DNA of 32,000 nucleotides from a cyanobacterium endosymbiont of Braarudosphaera bigelowii (GTDB taxonomy: Bacteria > Cyanobacteriota > Cyanobacteriia > Cyanobacteriales > Microcystaceae): NCBI RefSeq assembly GCF_020885515.1, contig NZ_AP024987.1, forward strand, positions 1,230,001 through 1,262,000, written 5' to 3'. A program made the position numbers and the translations under genes. The notes under the pieces were generated by a model that had not been told where the DNA came from, made no database searches, and saw only the letters and a program-made list of their open reading frames with translations. Below, piece by piece: positions 1 to 12,567 of this stretch (within the stretch, counting starts at the first letter, position 1; the number at the start of each line of letters is the position of its first letter).

Positions 1-543
1 GATACCACCAAATTTGGCCTTACTTATATTTTGGCTCTGCAAATCTTGGGCAGTATAAGGATCTCTAGTAAATACAGTTAGACATCTGGAAGAATGTAAA
101 AAAGTTCCTAAAAAAGGACCTATATTTAATTTCCCTTCATAAAGAGCAGATAAACAAGATATAAAAGAAATATAAGGGCGACCAGTAGAATAAGCAAAAC
201 CTTGAGATATTGAATCTCCCGTAGCCATTATCAAATCACAGGTAGTGGAATATTCCCAAACTTTTTGCAATTGTCTCCAAGTTAAACTTAATAGTCCCGA
301 TTGTAGATCCTTTAAAAAATGCAATCGATTAGTATAAGAAAAGCCGCCGGATGGTATATTCTGTGTTGGACCAATAATAGGAATACCTAATCGACGATAA
401 GCATTACCTTCACCGACTATGGGCATTGCTGCTATCTCTATACTTGGGTGCATCTCTAGTAAAGTTTCAATAATATAAGATGAATGATTATCTTCTCCAT
501 GACCATTACTGATAAATAAAATTCGTTTTGATGATGATGACAT
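1..543 (-). CDS. Partial lipid-A-disaccharide synthase-related (LpxB-like) protein; C-terminus lies beyond the left edge
   Basis: Manual reverse-strand translation from ATG (543..541) is open to the edge: MSSSSKRILFISNGHGEDNHSSYIIETLLEMHPSIEIAAMPIVGEGNAYRRLGIPIIGPTQNIPSGGFSY...; glycosyltransferase-B-like N-terminus of the cyanobacterial LpxB-related family. Not in the ORF track because it is open at the edge. Confidence 0.75.
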   Translation of the reverse strand, partial: MSSSSKRILFISNGHGEDNHSSYIIETLLEMHPSIEIAAMPIVGEGNAYRRLGIPIIGPTQNIPSGGFSYTNRLHFLKDLQSGLLSLTWRQLQKVWEYSTTCDLIMATGDSISQGFAYSTGRPYISFISCLSALYEGKLNIGPFLGTFLHSSRCLTVFTRDPYTAQDLQSQNISKAKFGGI

Positions 544-1220
544 AATGATTTTTTAGGCAATCTCTAATAATTATTATTTAAGCCCAAATTTTAGAATTTA
601 TTAATTATGTTTTTAAAAGATTATCTAAATACTATTGGCTAACTACTCTTTTCTGGACTCTGAAAATTTATTTAGCCTATTGAAATTTTATAGAATAAAA
701 ATAACATTGTCAGTTTTCTCATTAATATTTAGAAACTGAATTGATACATAATAAATAATCAATAGCTATTGTATTAGATTAATCTTCAAAATAATAATAG
801 TTTATTCTAATTATAATTATTAGTTCATATTAAATGTGTTAATTTAATTAGTTTATACTCATATACAATCTGAGACTTAAATTTTTTAAAATATTATATG
901 TGTTTATTCTTTATCGTTCCAAAATTATTAACAAAGATTTTTCTAAAGTAAATTTATAAATAGTGCATATTATTTTAGATAAAGAGCAAATTAAAAAAAA
1001 TTTATCTTAATTTTATACTCAAGATTATTTGTTGTTAGCCAAGTATAAACTAACTTTTAGCTTCTGAGAAAAATCAATATGAATTATTTAGTTAATCTAT
1101 ATTAAAAAGTTATACTCTGATTCGTGAATGTAATTTTCTGGTATATTATCCTAACTAAAATTCTAATAAGTTTCACTAAAGAATAAACGATATTCTTTCC
1201 ATAATCTAGACTGCCTTACA

Positions 1221-2492
1221 TTATTCGGTTATCTTTGTGAAAAAATCAATAGTTTCTTTTAAAGCCACAGTAAATTTATCTATTTCTTCAAAAGTATTAT
1301 AAAAGTATAAACTTGCTCTAGCACTTCCTGAAGCTTTTAATAAGTGATGTAAAGGTTGAGTACAATGATCTCCAGAACGAATAGCAATTCCTTCATTATC
1401 TAATAAAGTTGATAAATCACTTCCGTGTATTCCATCTACATTAAATGATGCCAAGGCAGCCTTTCCTATGCCATTTTTAATTTTCTTTACTCCATAAGCC
1501 CTGAGATTTGGAATTCTTTCTAATTGTTGAAATAAATAACTTGATAACTGTTCTTCATAAGAATGAATGGTATTCATTCCTATCTCCGTTAAGTAATCAA
1601 CAGCTCTTCCTAAAGCTATTGCTTCTGCTATTGCTGGAGTCCCTGCTTCAAATTTATGAGGTAATTCTCCATAAGTAAAATGATCGAGAAATACTTCATC
1701 AATCATTTCTCCTCCTCCCAAGAATGGAGGCATTGATTCTAAAATTTTACGTTTTCCGTATAAAAAACCAATACCAGTGGGACCACACATTTTATGACCA
1801 CTTGCTACCAACCAATCACAATCAATATTTTGTATATCAATTGGAGTATGTGGAACACTTTGACATGCATCAATTAATACTTTAGCTCCAAAACTATGAG
1901 ATAGTTTAGTTATTTCTTCAATTGGGTTTATACAACCCAGCATATTAGAGATATGAACGATAGAAACCAGTTTAGTCTTTTCAGATAACATTGATTTAAA
2001 GTGATCTAAATCAAGATCTTCATTATCCGTTAATTGAATATACCTTATAACAGCTCCTGTCTTCTGAGCAATCATTTGCCATGGAACTAAATTACTATGG
2101 TGCTCCATTACAGAAGTTAAGATTTCATCTCCTTGTTTAAGATGATTTAGCCCCCAGCTATAAGCAACTAAATTGATAGCTTCTGTAGCATTTCGCGTAA
2201 AAATTATTTCTTCTCGGCAATTTGCGTTAATGAATTTTGCCACTTTATCACGAGATGCTTCATAAGATTCTGTCGCTTTAACACTTAAGGTATGAACACC
2301 ACGATGAACATTAGCATTATCTTTTTCATAATAGTGGTGTAAAGTCTCGATAACAACTGATGGTTTTTGAGAGGTTGCAGCGCTATCTAGATAAATTAAA
2401 GGTTTACCTTGTATCGTTTGATTTAAGATTGGAAAATCATCTCGAATATTTTGAATTAAAGTCATAATGAATTTGCTATAAGTATTTTGCAA
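1221..2492 (-). CDS. sufS: Cysteine desulfurase SufS; likely true start is the internal Met (MTLIQNIRDDFP) at about 2465
   Basis: PLP-dependent aminotransferase class V motifs (YLDSAATSQKP, HRGVHTLS, SGHKMCGPTGIGFLYG, RSGDHCTQPLH); last gene of the suf cluster. Confidence 0.95.
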   Translation of the reverse strand: MQNTYSKFIMTLIQNIRDDFPILNQTIQGKPLIYLDSAATSQKPSVVIETLHHYYEKDNANVHRGVHTLSVKATESYEASRDKVAKFINANCREEIIFTRNATEAINLVAYSWGLNHLKQGDEILTSVMEHHSNLVPWQMIAQKTGAVIRYIQLTDNEDLDLDHFKSMLSEKTKLVSIVHISNMLGCINPIEEITKLSHSFGAKVLIDACQSVPHTPIDIQNIDCDWLVASGHKMCGPTGIGFLYGKRKILESMPPFLGGGEMIDEVFLDHFTYGELPHKFEAGTPAIAEAIALGRAVDYLTEIGMNTIHSYEEQLSSYLFQQLERIPNLRAYGVKKIKNGIGKAALASFNVDGIHGSDLSTLLDNEGIAIRSGDHCTQPLHHLLKASGSARASLYFYNTFEEIDKFTVALKETIDFFTKITE

Positions 2493-2514
2493 TTAAATAA
2501 TTTTTGCATAGAAA

Positions 2515-3852
2515 TTAATATTGTTTAGTATGAGAAACAATATATTTTATCAACTTTTGTTCGAGAGATTTATAAGGTATCTTCATTATTATTTCACGTA
2601 TGAAAGCATTAACCAACAAATGGCGTGCATTAGCTTCGCTTAAACCTCGGCTTTGCAAATAAAAAAGTTCATTAGATTCTAATTGGCTAATAGTTGCGCC
2701 ATGAGAGCATTTGACATTATCTGCTGTAATTTGAAGTTCTGGTTTAGTATTAATACGAGATTTTTTTGACAATAACAAATTGCGATTTAGTTGTTTGGCA
2801 TTAGTTATTTGAGCAAGCTTAGATACAATAATTTTTCCATCAAAAATTCCATGAGCTTTATCATCAACAACATATTTATGTAATTGATCAATCATTCCAT
2901 TAGGATGATTAAGATTAATAGAAGTTTTTGTACAAGAAATTTGATCATCATTAAGAATACTCAAACCATTTAAGCAACTTTCTGTTCGAGATCCATTCTG
3001 ACAAATTTGTATATTATTACAACAAACCCTTGAGCCCAAATCAATTTGATTTAATGCATAAAAGCTATCTTTATCTTGAGTAACATTACTTTTTCCAATA
3101 TGAAAACTTATATTTGACTCTAGTTGTATTCGATTATGAGTAACTCGCGCGTTATCTTTTAAAAAAATTTCTGTTACAGAATTAGTAAAATAGGGATTAA
3201 TCTGATCTTGATTTAAATGTGAGTTTTCTATGGTTGAATAGCACTCAATAAAAGATACATTAGCTCCTTTTTCTGCTACAAGTAATGTATGTGGCTGTAC
3301 TAATGAAGAACTACTTTGCTGAGTTGAAATAAATAATAACTGAACTGGTTCCTTGATAGTGGTATTTTCACTAACTATAATAACTGCAGGATCGATCAAC
3401 CCTATTGTATTTAGTCTACTAAATATATCTTTTTTGTTTAAGTTATTATTTAAAAGAGTATAAACTTCATCCTTCTTTATATCTGGCAAATTTTTTAACG
3501 TACCGATAAAGATATCATTGGGTGATAAGGTAATACTTGATAAAGATTCATCATATAGGCCATCTACGAATACTATACAATTTGCCTTAACTTCAGGAAT
3601 AATAAGATCTTCAATACTTTTCTTTGTAACTTTTGTAGCTTTTGCAATTTTAAATTGATGTTTGTATAGTTCCCTAAGGTCTATAAATCTCCATTCCTCA
3701 TCTTGGGAAGTAGGGAAAGATAACTTTCTAATTTGTTCAAGTGAATCCTGTTTTAAACTCTTGAAATTATCAATATTATTGATTTGGAATTGATTTAACA
3801 GGTTATCTAAATAAAATTCTTTACTTGTTGTTTCTAATATAGAGTTTTTCAT
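2515..3852 (-). CDS. sufD: Fe-S cluster assembly protein SufD
   Basis: SufBD-family C-terminus (KCSHGATISQLESNELFYLQSRGLSEANARHLLVNAFIREI) and position between sufC and sufS. Confidence 0.93.
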   Translation of the reverse strand: MKNSILETTSKEFYLDNLLNQFQINNIDNFKSLKQDSLEQIRKLSFPTSQDEEWRFIDLRELYKHQFKIAKATKVTKKSIEDLIIPEVKANCIVFVDGLYDESLSSITLSPNDIFIGTLKNLPDIKKDEVYTLLNNNLNKKDIFSRLNTIGLIDPAVIIVSENTTIKEPVQLLFISTQQSSSSLVQPHTLLVAEKGANVSFIECYSTIENSHLNQDQINPYFTNSVTEIFLKDNARVTHNRIQLESNISFHIGKSNVTQDKDSFYALNQIDLGSRVCCNNIQICQNGSRTESCLNGLSILNDDQISCTKTSINLNHPNGMIDQLHKYVVDDKAHGIFDGKIIVSKLAQITNAKQLNRNLLLSKKSRINTKPELQITADNVKCSHGATISQLESNELFYLQSRGLSEANARHLLVNAFIREIIMKIPYKSLEQKLIKYIVSHTKQY

Positions 3853-3969
3853 GCATTTAAAATCAATAATTGCAAATACAGCGATAATCTTGAATTGTAG
3901 TTAAGGCTCAATAAATATTTAAAATGGCTAAAATTTTAATATTTATTAATGATTAAATATGTAAATAAT

Positions 3970-4740
3970 TTAAGTTGTTTTCAGTAATTTTTCTTCTATA
4001 AAATCATAGCCAGTTTCTTCTAGCTCTAAAGCTAATTCTTTACCACCACTAATAACAATTTTTCCATCATACATAACATGAATATGATGAGGTTGAATGT
4101 ATGTAAGTAGACGCTGGTAGTGAGTAATTAGTAGAAAAGCATTATTAGAATGAGCTAATTGATTAACTCCATCAGCAACAATTCTTAAAGCATCAATATC
4201 TAAACCGGAATCAATTTCATCTAAGATTGCTAAAGTTGGTTCTAAAAGTGCCATTTGAAGAATTTCGTTCCGTTTTTTCTCTCCACCAGAAAAGCCTTCA
4301 TTTAAGCTTCTATTAAGAAAAGCAGGGTCCATTTTAACAATATCTAATTTTTTTTCAACTAAATCTTCAAAATCAAAGGTATCTATCTCTTCTAGACCTA
4401 AATGTTTTCTGCGAATATTATACGCAACTCTGAGGAAATCAAGATTACTTACTCCAGGAATTTCTAGAGGATATTGAAAAGCTAGAAAGATTCCATCTAA
4501 TGCTCTTTCGTGGGGTTCTTTTTCTAAAATATTTTGTCCTTTATAAATTATTTCTCCTCCAGTAACTACATAGTCAGGATGCCCTGCAAGGATTTTTGAG
4601 AAAGTACTTTTCCCCGATCCATTTCTACCCATAATTGCATGAATTTCTCCTGCTTTAATTTCTAAGTTAACACCTTTTAAAATAGGTGTTCCACTAACAT
4701 TAGCAGTTAAATTTTTAACAGATAAGATAACATTGTCCAT
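3970..4740 (-). CDS. sufC: Fe-S cluster assembly ATPase SufC
   Basis: ABC ATPase with Walker [10 protein letters not shown], signature [19 protein letters not shown], Walker [17 protein letters not shown], typical of SufC. Confidence 0.97.
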   Translation of the reverse strand: MDNVILSVKNLTANVSGTPILKGVNLEIKAGEIHAIMGRNGSGKSTFSKILAGHPDYVVTGGEIIYKGQNILEKEPHERALDGIFLAFQYPLEIPGVSNLDFLRVAYNIRRKHLGLEEIDTFDFEDLVEKKLDIVKMDPAFLNRSLNEGFSGGEKKRNEILQMALLEPTLAILDEIDSGLDIDALRIVADGVNQLAHSNNAFLLITHYQRLLTYIQPHHIHVMYDGKIVISGGKELALELEETGYDFIEEKLLKTT

Positions 4741-4811
4741 AATTTTTTCTAAATACCTAATAACAAACTAACTATATTTCAATTAATGCTCACACTTTAT
4801 ATTTAATTATA

Positions 4812-6254
4812 TTAACCTACACTTCCTTCTAGTTTAAGGCTTAATAACTTATCTGCTTCAGAAGCAAATTCCATAGGTAGCTCACTTAGTACATCCTTGC
4901 AAAAACCACTAACTATAATTGAGACTGCATCTTCTTCAGGGATGCCTCTCTGGGCAAAGTAAAATAATTGATCCTCTCCTATTTTAGATGTAGAAGCCTC
5001 ATGTTCAACTTTTGTCGTATTGTTATCTGCTTGTATATAAGGAAAGGTATTAGCCTCTGCATTATCACCAATAAGCATTGAATCGCATTGAGAATAATTT
5101 CTAGCCCCTTGAGCCTTGGGACCCATTTTAACTAAGCCTCTATAACTATTTGTGGAGTTTCCTGCAGAAATTCCTTTCGAAATAATAGTACTGCGAGTAT
5201 TTTTTCCAATATGTACCATCTTAGTCCCAGTATCTGCCTGTTGTTTATTGTTAGTCAGCGCAATTGAATAAAATTCTCCAATAGAGTTATCTCCTACTAG
5301 TACACAACTTGGATATTTCCAAGTAATAGCTGAACCTGTCTCTACTTGAGTCCAAGATATTTTAGAATTAACTCCTTTACAAAGTCCCCTTTTAGTAACG
5401 AAATTATAAATTCCTCCTTTTCCTGTTTCATCGCCAGCATACCAGTTTTGAACGGTAGAGTATTTAATGCTAGCATTGTCTAGGACAACAAGCTCAACTA
5501 CAGCAGCATGCAATTGGTTAGTATCGAACATTGGAGCTGTACAACCTTCTAAGTAACTCACAGAGGCTCCTTCTTCTGCTACTATTAAAGTTCTTTCAAA
5601 TTGTCCTGCATCTCCACTATTAATACGAAAATATGTTGAAAGTTCCATAGGGCACTCCACACCTTTAGGGATGAAGGCAAAAGAACCATCACTAAACACG
5701 GCAGAATTTAATGCTGAAAAAAAGTTATCACTTATGGGTACTACGCTTCCAAGATACTTTTTAATTAACTCAGGATATTGTTCTAGTGCTTCAGATATAG
5801 AACAAAATATAACTCCAGATTCAGCTAATTTGTCTTTAAAGGTTGTTGTTATTGATACACTATCAAAGATGACATCAACAGCTACATTACTAAGACGTTT
5901 TTGCTCTGACAAAGGAATTCCAAGTTTATCAAAAGTTTCCAGTAGTGCAGGATCAACTTCATCTAGATTATTAAGTTTTTCTTTTTTTTGCTTTGGAGCA
6001 GAGTAGTAGATAATATTTTGATAGTCAATTTTTGGATATGTAATATGAGGCCAAGAAGGCTCAAACATTTTCTGCCATTGCTTGAAAGCCTTGAGACGAA
6101 AATCAAGCATGAAATCTGGTTCATTTTTCTTTGCTGAGATGAGGCGGACCACTTCTTCACTTAAACCACGAGGAATAGTATCAGCTTCAATGTCAGTAAC
6201 AAAGCCATATTTATAAGGTTGATTGACTAGGTTCTTGACGTTTGTTGCATTCAT
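4812..6254 (-). CDS. sufB: Fe-S cluster assembly scaffold SufB
   Basis: Typical SufB sequence ([80 protein letters not shown]). Confidence 0.97.
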   Translation of the reverse strand: MNATNVKNLVNQPYKYGFVTDIEADTIPRGLSEEVVRLISAKKNEPDFMLDFRLKAFKQWQKMFEPSWPHITYPKIDYQNIIYYSAPKQKKEKLNNLDEVDPALLETFDKLGIPLSEQKRLSNVAVDVIFDSVSITTTFKDKLAESGVIFCSISEALEQYPELIKKYLGSVVPISDNFFSALNSAVFSDGSFAFIPKGVECPMELSTYFRINSGDAGQFERTLIVAEEGASVSYLEGCTAPMFDTNQLHAAVVELVVLDNASIKYSTVQNWYAGDETGKGGIYNFVTKRGLCKGVNSKISWTQVETGSAITWKYPSCVLVGDNSIGEFYSIALTNNKQQADTGTKMVHIGKNTRSTIISKGISAGNSTNSYRGLVKMGPKAQGARNYSQCDSMLIGDNAEANTFPYIQADNNTTKVEHEASTSKIGEDQLFYFAQRGIPEEDAVSIIVSGFCKDVLSELPMEFASEADKLLSLKLEGSVG

Positions 6255-7189
6255 TAGATTTTACGTTCTCCATTTCTCTTTAATGATTCTCCCCGGCAGT
6301 GAAGAATCAAGTAATTTCAGATGATTCAAAAGTGTTGATAGATTAGGGTATAAATTATAATAACCCTAGAATCTGCATTTTTTGAGCAGAAGTCAATAAA
6401 ACAACATTTGTATTTATTAATTATATCTCATAGTAAACTAATTAGTTGATAAAGTGTTACCTCTCCAAGCCATCTAAATCTTTATAAACTACATGTTTAA
6501 TAGTTGCGAAAATGATAATTGTATAACTTCTTTTAATCAAAGAAGATATTTCGTAGCAGCTACTTAAACAAGATGAAATTACTATTAAAAAATTACAAAA
6601 GTTCTTAATACTAAGATTGAAAAAACTTATAGTTGTCTAATAAGTATAAAATATTAAATAATTTAAAAAAGAACACTATATGCTTACCTTCTTAATAAGT
6701 TGGGACATAATTATTTGTTAAAGCAGGATGAAAATTTATTAATATTTTTTATAGGTCTTGATAGAAGTAATAAAGAAATAATCTTGAAAAAGTAGTAAAA
6801 CCACAAGATATAACGAGCATATTAACTAATAGATACTTGAAGAAAGAATAGAAATCACTAATAAAATCTAAAATTTCTTGTTGAATATAAATATGTCGTT
6901 TCTATAATTGAAGAATTTGATGCAATAGCTTGTAATGATAAATTAGAATATTCAAATATTGTAGGGTGAAAAGAACATAACTGTGAATATTTAATCAACA
7001 TAAAAAATCATAAATTTAATGTTAAATTTTATTAATTTACTAAATTCATTATTTCAATTACATATAAGTTATATGTAATTGAAATAATACACCACTATAT
7101 TTATTAACCTTTTTATTTATAAAAATAACAAAAATATGTTATAGTATTATGTACTTATACATAGAATACTTGTAAAGTTTCATTTTATT

Positions 7190-7262
7190 GCTTCCTTAGC
7201 TCAGTTGGTAGAGCAACTCACTTGTAATGAGTAGGTCGTCGGTTCAAGTCCGACAGGGAGCT
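7190..7262 (+). tRNA. tRNA-Thr (anticodon UGU)
   Basis: Cloverleaf by eye: acceptor GCTTCCT/AGGGAGC (one G-U), D arm TAGCTCAGTTGGTAGAGC, anticodon arm CTCA-CTTGTAA-TGAG, T arm GTCGGTTCAAGTCCGAC. Confidence 0.95.
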
Positions 7263-7268
7263 TTACAA

Positions 7269-7312
7269 AAAAAGATACTAACTAAAATTACTATTTTAAT
7301 TAGTATCTTTTT
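7269..7312 (+). terminator. Probable intrinsic terminator downstream of tRNA-Thr
   Basis: AAAAAGATACTAACTAAAAT / ATTTTAATTAGTATCTTTTT, 19 of 20 positions paired, TACT loop, ends in a T run. Confidence 0.75.
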
Positions 7313-7456
7313 GTTTTGAGCAATAATGTCTTCATATATATACAATAATTTAGTAGTCTGTTCTATATTCAAATCAATAATTATAAATCTGGATCTCATA
7401 TTTAAGAAATATGAAAGAGCAGTTAGAAAGTAAAGTTAGTTTTAAAAAAATATCTT

Positions 7457-10255
7457 ATGTTTAAAGCTTTATTTGGTGATCCTAATACTAGAAAAATTAA
7501 AAAATTTCAGCCAATTGTTACAGAAATTAACTTGTTGGAAGCAGAGATCCATAAATTATCTGATCAACAACTTAAATATAAAACACATGAACTTAGAGAG
7601 GTACTAGGTACCGCTAGTAGTGATGAAGAGTTAAGAAATATTTTAGATGAGATTCTTCCAGAAGCTTTTGCTGTTGTGAGAGAAGCAAGTATACGTGTTT
7701 TGGGGATGCGTCACTTCGACGTGCAACTTATTGGTGGTATGGTTCTCCATAAAGGACAAATTGCAGAAATGAAAACTGGAGAAGGAAAAACTCTCGTTGC
7801 AACACTACCTGCTTATCTAAATGGACTAACAAAGAAAGGTGTTCATATTGTTACTGTAAATGATTATTTGGCTCGTAGAGATGCAGAATGGATGGGACAG
7901 GTTCATCGTTTTCTTGGATTAAGTGTTGGTCTTATTCAGTCAGGTATGAATCCTGAAGAGCGTAGAAAAAATTATTCTTGTGACATAACTTATACTACCA
8001 ACAGTGAGCTGGGATTTGATTATTTACGAGATAATATGGCTACATCTATGGCTGAAGTCGTACAGCGTCCTCCTTACTACTGTATCATTGACGAAGTTGA
8101 CTCAATATTAATAGATGAGGCCCGTACCCCGTTAATAATATCTGGACAAGTAGAAAGACCGACAGAAAAATATCTCAAAGCTACTGAAATTGCGAAACAT
8201 CTCGAAAGGCAAGAGTCTGAAAACGATCCGAAAGAATATGAAGTAGATGAAAAAGCGCGTAATGTCTTGATGACTGATCAAGGTTTTGAAAAAGCTGAAA
8301 AATTATTAGAAGTTCAAGATTTATACGATCAAGAGAATCCTTGGGCTCATTATATTTTCAATGCCATTAAGGCTAAAGAATTATTTATTAAAGATGTTAA
8401 CTATATAGTTAAAAACCAAGAAGTTGTTATCGTTGATGAATTTACTGGACGTGTTTTAGCTGGTAGGCGTTGGAGTGATGGTCTTCACCAAGCTATCGAA
8501 GCCAAAGAAGAAGTTCCCATTCAAAAAGAAACACAAACTTTAGCTACTATTACTTATCAGAACTTTTTCCTATTATACAATCAGCTTTCAGGAATGACTG
8601 GAACTGCTAAAACAGAAGAGACAGAGTTGGAAAAAGTCTACAATCTTCAAGTTACTATTATTCCTACGAATAGACCTTCTCAACGCTATGACAATCCAGA
8701 TGTAGTGTATAAAACTGAAATAGCTAAATGGAAAGCAGTAGCACAAGAAGTTGAAGAATTTTATAAAGTAGGACGTCCTATTCTAGTCGGGACAACTAGT
8801 GTTGAAAAATCAGATGTAATATCTTCTTTATTGCAAGAAAAAAATATTCCTCACAATATTCTTAATGCTAGACCAGAAAATGTAGAAAGAGAATCAGAAA
8901 TTGTTGCGCAAGCAGGCAGGAAAGGAGCAGTTACGATTGCTACTAATATGGCAGGAAGAGGAACAGATATTATCTTAGGTGGAAATTCAGATTATATGGC
9001 ACGTCTTAAAATTCGAGAATACTTAATGCCTCAGGTTGTTACACCTGAAGATAATAAGTTAATAAAAGAAGCAAAAATTAATAATTCTCATTCTCGAGGC
9101 TTTGGACAAGAGCATAATAGAAAAAAGTGGAAGCCATCAGCTGATATTTTTCCTACTCAGCTTTCACAAAAAGCACAAGAATTGATTAAAAGTGTAGTGA
9201 CATTTGCTGTTGACAAATATGGGTTGCAAAATATTTCAGAACTAGAAGCAGAAGAGAAAATAGCTATTGCTTCTGAAAATGCACCTACTGAGGATGTTGT
9301 TGTTCTTAAACTAAGAGAAGTTTATAAAATCATACGTCAAGAATATGACATATATACGAATGCAGAACACGACGAAGTGGTTGAACTAGGAGGATTGTAC
9401 GTAATGGCTACAGAGCGCCATGAATCTCGTCGAGTTGATAATCAATTAAGAGGAAGATCTGGGAGGCAAGGAGATCCCGGAACAACTAAATTCTTTTTAA
9501 GTTTGGAAGATAACCTATTAAGAATATTTGGTGGAGATCGTGTAGCAGGATTAATGAATGCTTTTCGAGTTGAAGAGGAAATGCCTATTGAATCAAAAAT
9601 GCTGACTCGTTCTCTAGAAGGGGCTCAAAAAAAAGTAGAAACCTTTTATTACGATACTCGAAAACAGGTCTTTGAATATGATGAGGTAATGAATAATCAA
9701 AGACGAGCTATTTATGCTGAACGTCGTCGTGTATTAGAAGGTTTAGATCTTAAGGAACAAGTTTTGCAATATGCAGAAAAAACCATGGATGAAATTGTTG
9801 ATGCTTATGTTAATCCAGAACTTCCACCTGAAGAATGGGACGTAAAAAATTTAGTAAATAAGATCAAAGAATTTGTTTATCTCTTAAAAGATATTGTTGC
9901 AGAAGATATGGAAGAAATGGATGCTGGAGATATGAAAATTTTTCTTCATGAAGAAGTCCGTAAAGCATACAGCATGAAAGAAGGTCAAGTAGATAAAACT
10001 CGACCTGGTTTAATGAGAGAAGCAGAAAGATTTTTTATATTACAACAAATAGATACATTATGGCGTGAGCACTTACAGTCTATGGATGCCTTAAGAGAAT
10101 CTGTTGGATTAAGGGGTTATGGACAAAAAGATCCTCTTATTGAATATAAGCAAGAAGGCTATGAAATGTTTTTAGAAATGATGATCGATATTCGAAGAAA
10201 TGTTGTTTATTCCTTATTTCAATTTCAGCCCCAAGAGCAACCTTCAACATTATAG
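7457..10255 (+). CDS. secA: Preprotein translocase subunit SecA
   Basis: Full-length SecA: [10 protein letters not shown]..., [69 protein letters not shown]. Confidence 0.98.
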   Translation: MFKALFGDPNTRKIKKFQPIVTEINLLEAEIHKLSDQQLKYKTHELREVLGTASSDEELRNILDEILPEAFAVVREASIRVLGMRHFDVQLIGGMVLHKGQIAEMKTGEGKTLVATLPAYLNGLTKKGVHIVTVNDYLARRDAEWMGQVHRFLGLSVGLIQSGMNPEERRKNYSCDITYTTNSELGFDYLRDNMATSMAEVVQRPPYYCIIDEVDSILIDEARTPLIISGQVERPTEKYLKATEIAKHLERQESENDPKEYEVDEKARNVLMTDQGFEKAEKLLEVQDLYDQENPWAHYIFNAIKAKELFIKDVNYIVKNQEVVIVDEFTGRVLAGRRWSDGLHQAIEAKEEVPIQKETQTLATITYQNFFLLYNQLSGMTGTAKTEETELEKVYNLQVTIIPTNRPSQRYDNPDVVYKTEIAKWKAVAQEVEEFYKVGRPILVGTTSVEKSDVISSLLQEKNIPHNILNARPENVERESEIVAQAGRKGAVTIATNMAGRGTDIILGGNSDYMARLKIREYLMPQVVTPEDNKLIKEAKINNSHSRGFGQEHNRKKWKPSADIFPTQLSQKAQELIKSVVTFAVDKYGLQNISELEAEEKIAIASENAPTEDVVVLKLREVYKIIRQEYDIYTNAEHDEVVELGGLYVMATERHESRRVDNQLRGRSGRQGDPGTTKFFLSLEDNLLRIFGGDRVAGLMNAFRVEEEMPIESKMLTRSLEGAQKKVETFYYDTRKQVFEYDEVMNNQRRAIYAERRRVLEGLDLKEQVLQYAEKTMDEIVDAYVNPELPPEEWDVKNLVNKIKEFVYLLKDIVAEDMEEMDAGDMKIFLHEEVRKAYSMKEGQVDKTRPGLMREAERFFILQQIDTLWREHLQSMDALRESVGLRGYGQKDPLIEYKQEGYEMFLEMMIDIRRNVVYSLFQFQPQEQPSTL

Positions 10256-10281
10256 TTGAGATAACTCATGACTATAGGAAA

Positions 10282-10366
10282 CGGAGAGGGTGGGATTCGA
10301 ACCCACGTTGGCTTTCACCAAACCCGATTTCAAGTCGGGCGCATTCGACCACTCTGCCACCTCTCC
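10282..10366 (-). tRNA. tRNA-Ser (anticodon UGA)
   Basis: Reverse strand GGAGAGGTGGCAGAGTGGTCGAATGCGCCCGACTTGAAATCGGGTTTGGTGAAAGCCAACGTGGGTTCGAATCCCACCCTCTCCG; CCCGA-CTTGAAA-TCGGG anticodon arm, long variable arm, 85 nt. Confidence 0.95.
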
Positions 10367-10903
10367 ACACTCTCAGAAATAATATCCTAACATATAACTG
10401 CTACAGACCCCTAACATAACAATTAATCTTTGTAAAAAAATATACAAAAATTATCACTATTACTAATACTCGGAATCAACGCCAAGAAAGTTAGCTGAAA
10501 TAAAGAGAAAATATCTGTTTAGGCTAATTATTGTCACAACCTGTTTATTTATTTTGAGATATTTCTTCTATAACCTACTATTTTACAAATATCTAATAAT
10601 ATATCCTTTGTTATAAGGTGATTCACAAAGTCATTTTTTTTAAAACTATTTAAATAAAAAACTACTTTAGATTCTTGTTTATTGTTTGTGTTAGAGAATT
10701 TTTCGCAAAAACTCTTAAAATAATGATTTTATTCTTAATAAATGGTCCTTAAGAGTATTTTTATTGAAAAGAGAAATATATTTAGGTTATTAGTTAAGAA
10801 GTTACACATAGTAATGACTAAAATGTACAAACGCTGCCTATACTTGTGAATACTAAATATAAAACATAAGTATGCCGTTTATTAATAAATATTTATCTTA
10901 TAA

Positions 10904-12514
10904 ATGACCTTAAAAAAAGTAAAACCTAAAAAATTTGTTTTAACCACTCCTTTATATTACGCCAATGATTTACCACATGTTGGTAGTGCTTACACAACGA
11001 TGATAGCTGATGTTATTAGTCGTTATAAAAAACTTAAGGGTGAAGAAGTTCTTTTAATCACAGGAACTGATGAACATGGTCAAAAAATAGAAAGAAATGC
11101 TGAAGCAAATAACTTACCTGCACAAGAACATTGTGATCGCATCGTCAATAGTTTTAAACTCCTATGGGATAAGTTAGATATACAATATGATCGCTTTAGC
11201 CGGACAACAGATTACCAACATAAAAAGATTGTCTATGAATTTTTTCAACGTGTTTGGGACAATGATGATATTTATCTTTCTAGGCAACAAGGATGGTACT
11301 GTGTCGCTTGCGAAGAATTTAAGGAAGAAAGAGAATTACTAGAAGGTGGCTATTGCCCTGTGCATTTTAATAAAAAAGCAGAGTGGTATGATGAAGAAAA
11401 TTATTTCTTTAGATTGTCTAAATATCAATTACAACTAGAAGAGATATATAAAAATAATCCTGAATTTATTAAGCCGGTAAGTTGTCGTAATGAAATTCTA
11501 AAGTTTGTTGGTCAAGGACTTAGAGATTTTTCCATATCTAGGGTTAATGTAAAATGGGGCTTTACCGTTCCTAATAATCCAAAACACACTATTTATGTCT
11601 GGTTTGACGCTCTTCTAGGCTATATTACTGCTTTATTAGAACCAGAGTCAAAAGAAATAACACTCAATAGTGCTATTTCTCAAGGATGGCCTATTAACTT
11701 GCATTTGATTGGAAAAGATATTCTACGATTTCACGCAATTTATTGGCCAGCTATGCTTATGTCAGCAAAGCTACCTTTGCCTGAACATGTCTTTGGTCAT
11801 GGATTTTTGACAAAAGATGGCCAAAAAATGGGGAAGAGTTCAGGTAATACTTTAAATCCATTCGAATTAGTTGATAAATATGGTTCCGATCCAATACGCT
11901 ACTATTTTCTAAAAGAGATAGAATGTGGAAAAGATGGTGACTTTAATGAAACCCGCTTTATAAACACTGTTAATGCTGATCTTGCTGATGACTTAGGAAA
12001 CCTTCTAAATCGTACTTTAGGAATGGCTCAGAAATATTGCAAGGGATTACTACCTTCAATAACTGGGACAGATTTACCTCAAGAACATCCACTCAAAAAA
12101 ATAGGATTGGATCTAGGAGAAAATGTAATTAAAACTTACGATGACCTTAAATTTAATGAGGGATGCGAAGAAATTTTTACCTTAATTAGAGCAAGTAATA
12201 AATTTATTGACGAGCAAGCCCCTTGGACTTTGTTTAAGAAAGGAGAACATGAAGAAATGGAAAAGGTTTTATACGGAGTGTTAGAATCGGTGCGTCTTGC
12301 TGCTTATTTATTAGCTCCAATTATTCCGGGCCTTAGTAGCAAAATCTACAAACAACTTGGTTTTTCAGTTGATTTTAATCAAGTTGAGTATTTAAAGAAA
12401 ATTATTCCTTTTGAGAAACATAGCCAATGGGGAAAAATAGCTCACGACAAACTTTTATCTAAACCTCAACCTATTTTTGCTAAACTTGACGTCTCTTTAA
12501 ACAAAAACTTTTAG
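10904..12514 (+). CDS. metG: Methionyl-tRNA synthetase
   Basis: Class I aaRS motifs TTPLYYANDLPHVGSAYTT (HIGH-like), KMSKS-type GQKMGKSSGNTLNPFELVDKYG, FHAIYWPAMLMSA. Confidence 0.95.
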   Translation: MTLKKVKPKKFVLTTPLYYANDLPHVGSAYTTMIADVISRYKKLKGEEVLLITGTDEHGQKIERNAEANNLPAQEHCDRIVNSFKLLWDKLDIQYDRFSRTTDYQHKKIVYEFFQRVWDNDDIYLSRQQGWYCVACEEFKEERELLEGGYCPVHFNKKAEWYDEENYFFRLSKYQLQLEEIYKNNPEFIKPVSCRNEILKFVGQGLRDFSISRVNVKWGFTVPNNPKHTIYVWFDALLGYITALLEPESKEITLNSAISQGWPINLHLIGKDILRFHAIYWPAMLMSAKLPLPEHVFGHGFLTKDGQKMGKSSGNTLNPFELVDKYGSDPIRYYFLKEIECGKDGDFNETRFINTVNADLADDLGNLLNRTLGMAQKYCKGLLPSITGTDLPQEHPLKKIGLDLGENVIKTYDDLKFNEGCEEIFTLIRASNKFIDEQAPWTLFKKGEHEEMEKVLYGVLESVRLAAYLLAPIIPGLSSKIYKQLGFSVDFNQVEYLKKIIPFEKHSQWGKIAHDKLLSKPQPIFAKLDVSLNKNF

Positions 12515-12567
12515 AAACTAAGAAAATCAAAATTTTTCTATTTTTTACTGAAAAAACCAACATAACG

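Noticed and set aside
5671-6160. Plus-strand ORFs of 111 and 65 aa inside sufB
   Set aside because: Fully embedded antisense to conserved sufB; no independent start context or recognisable family.
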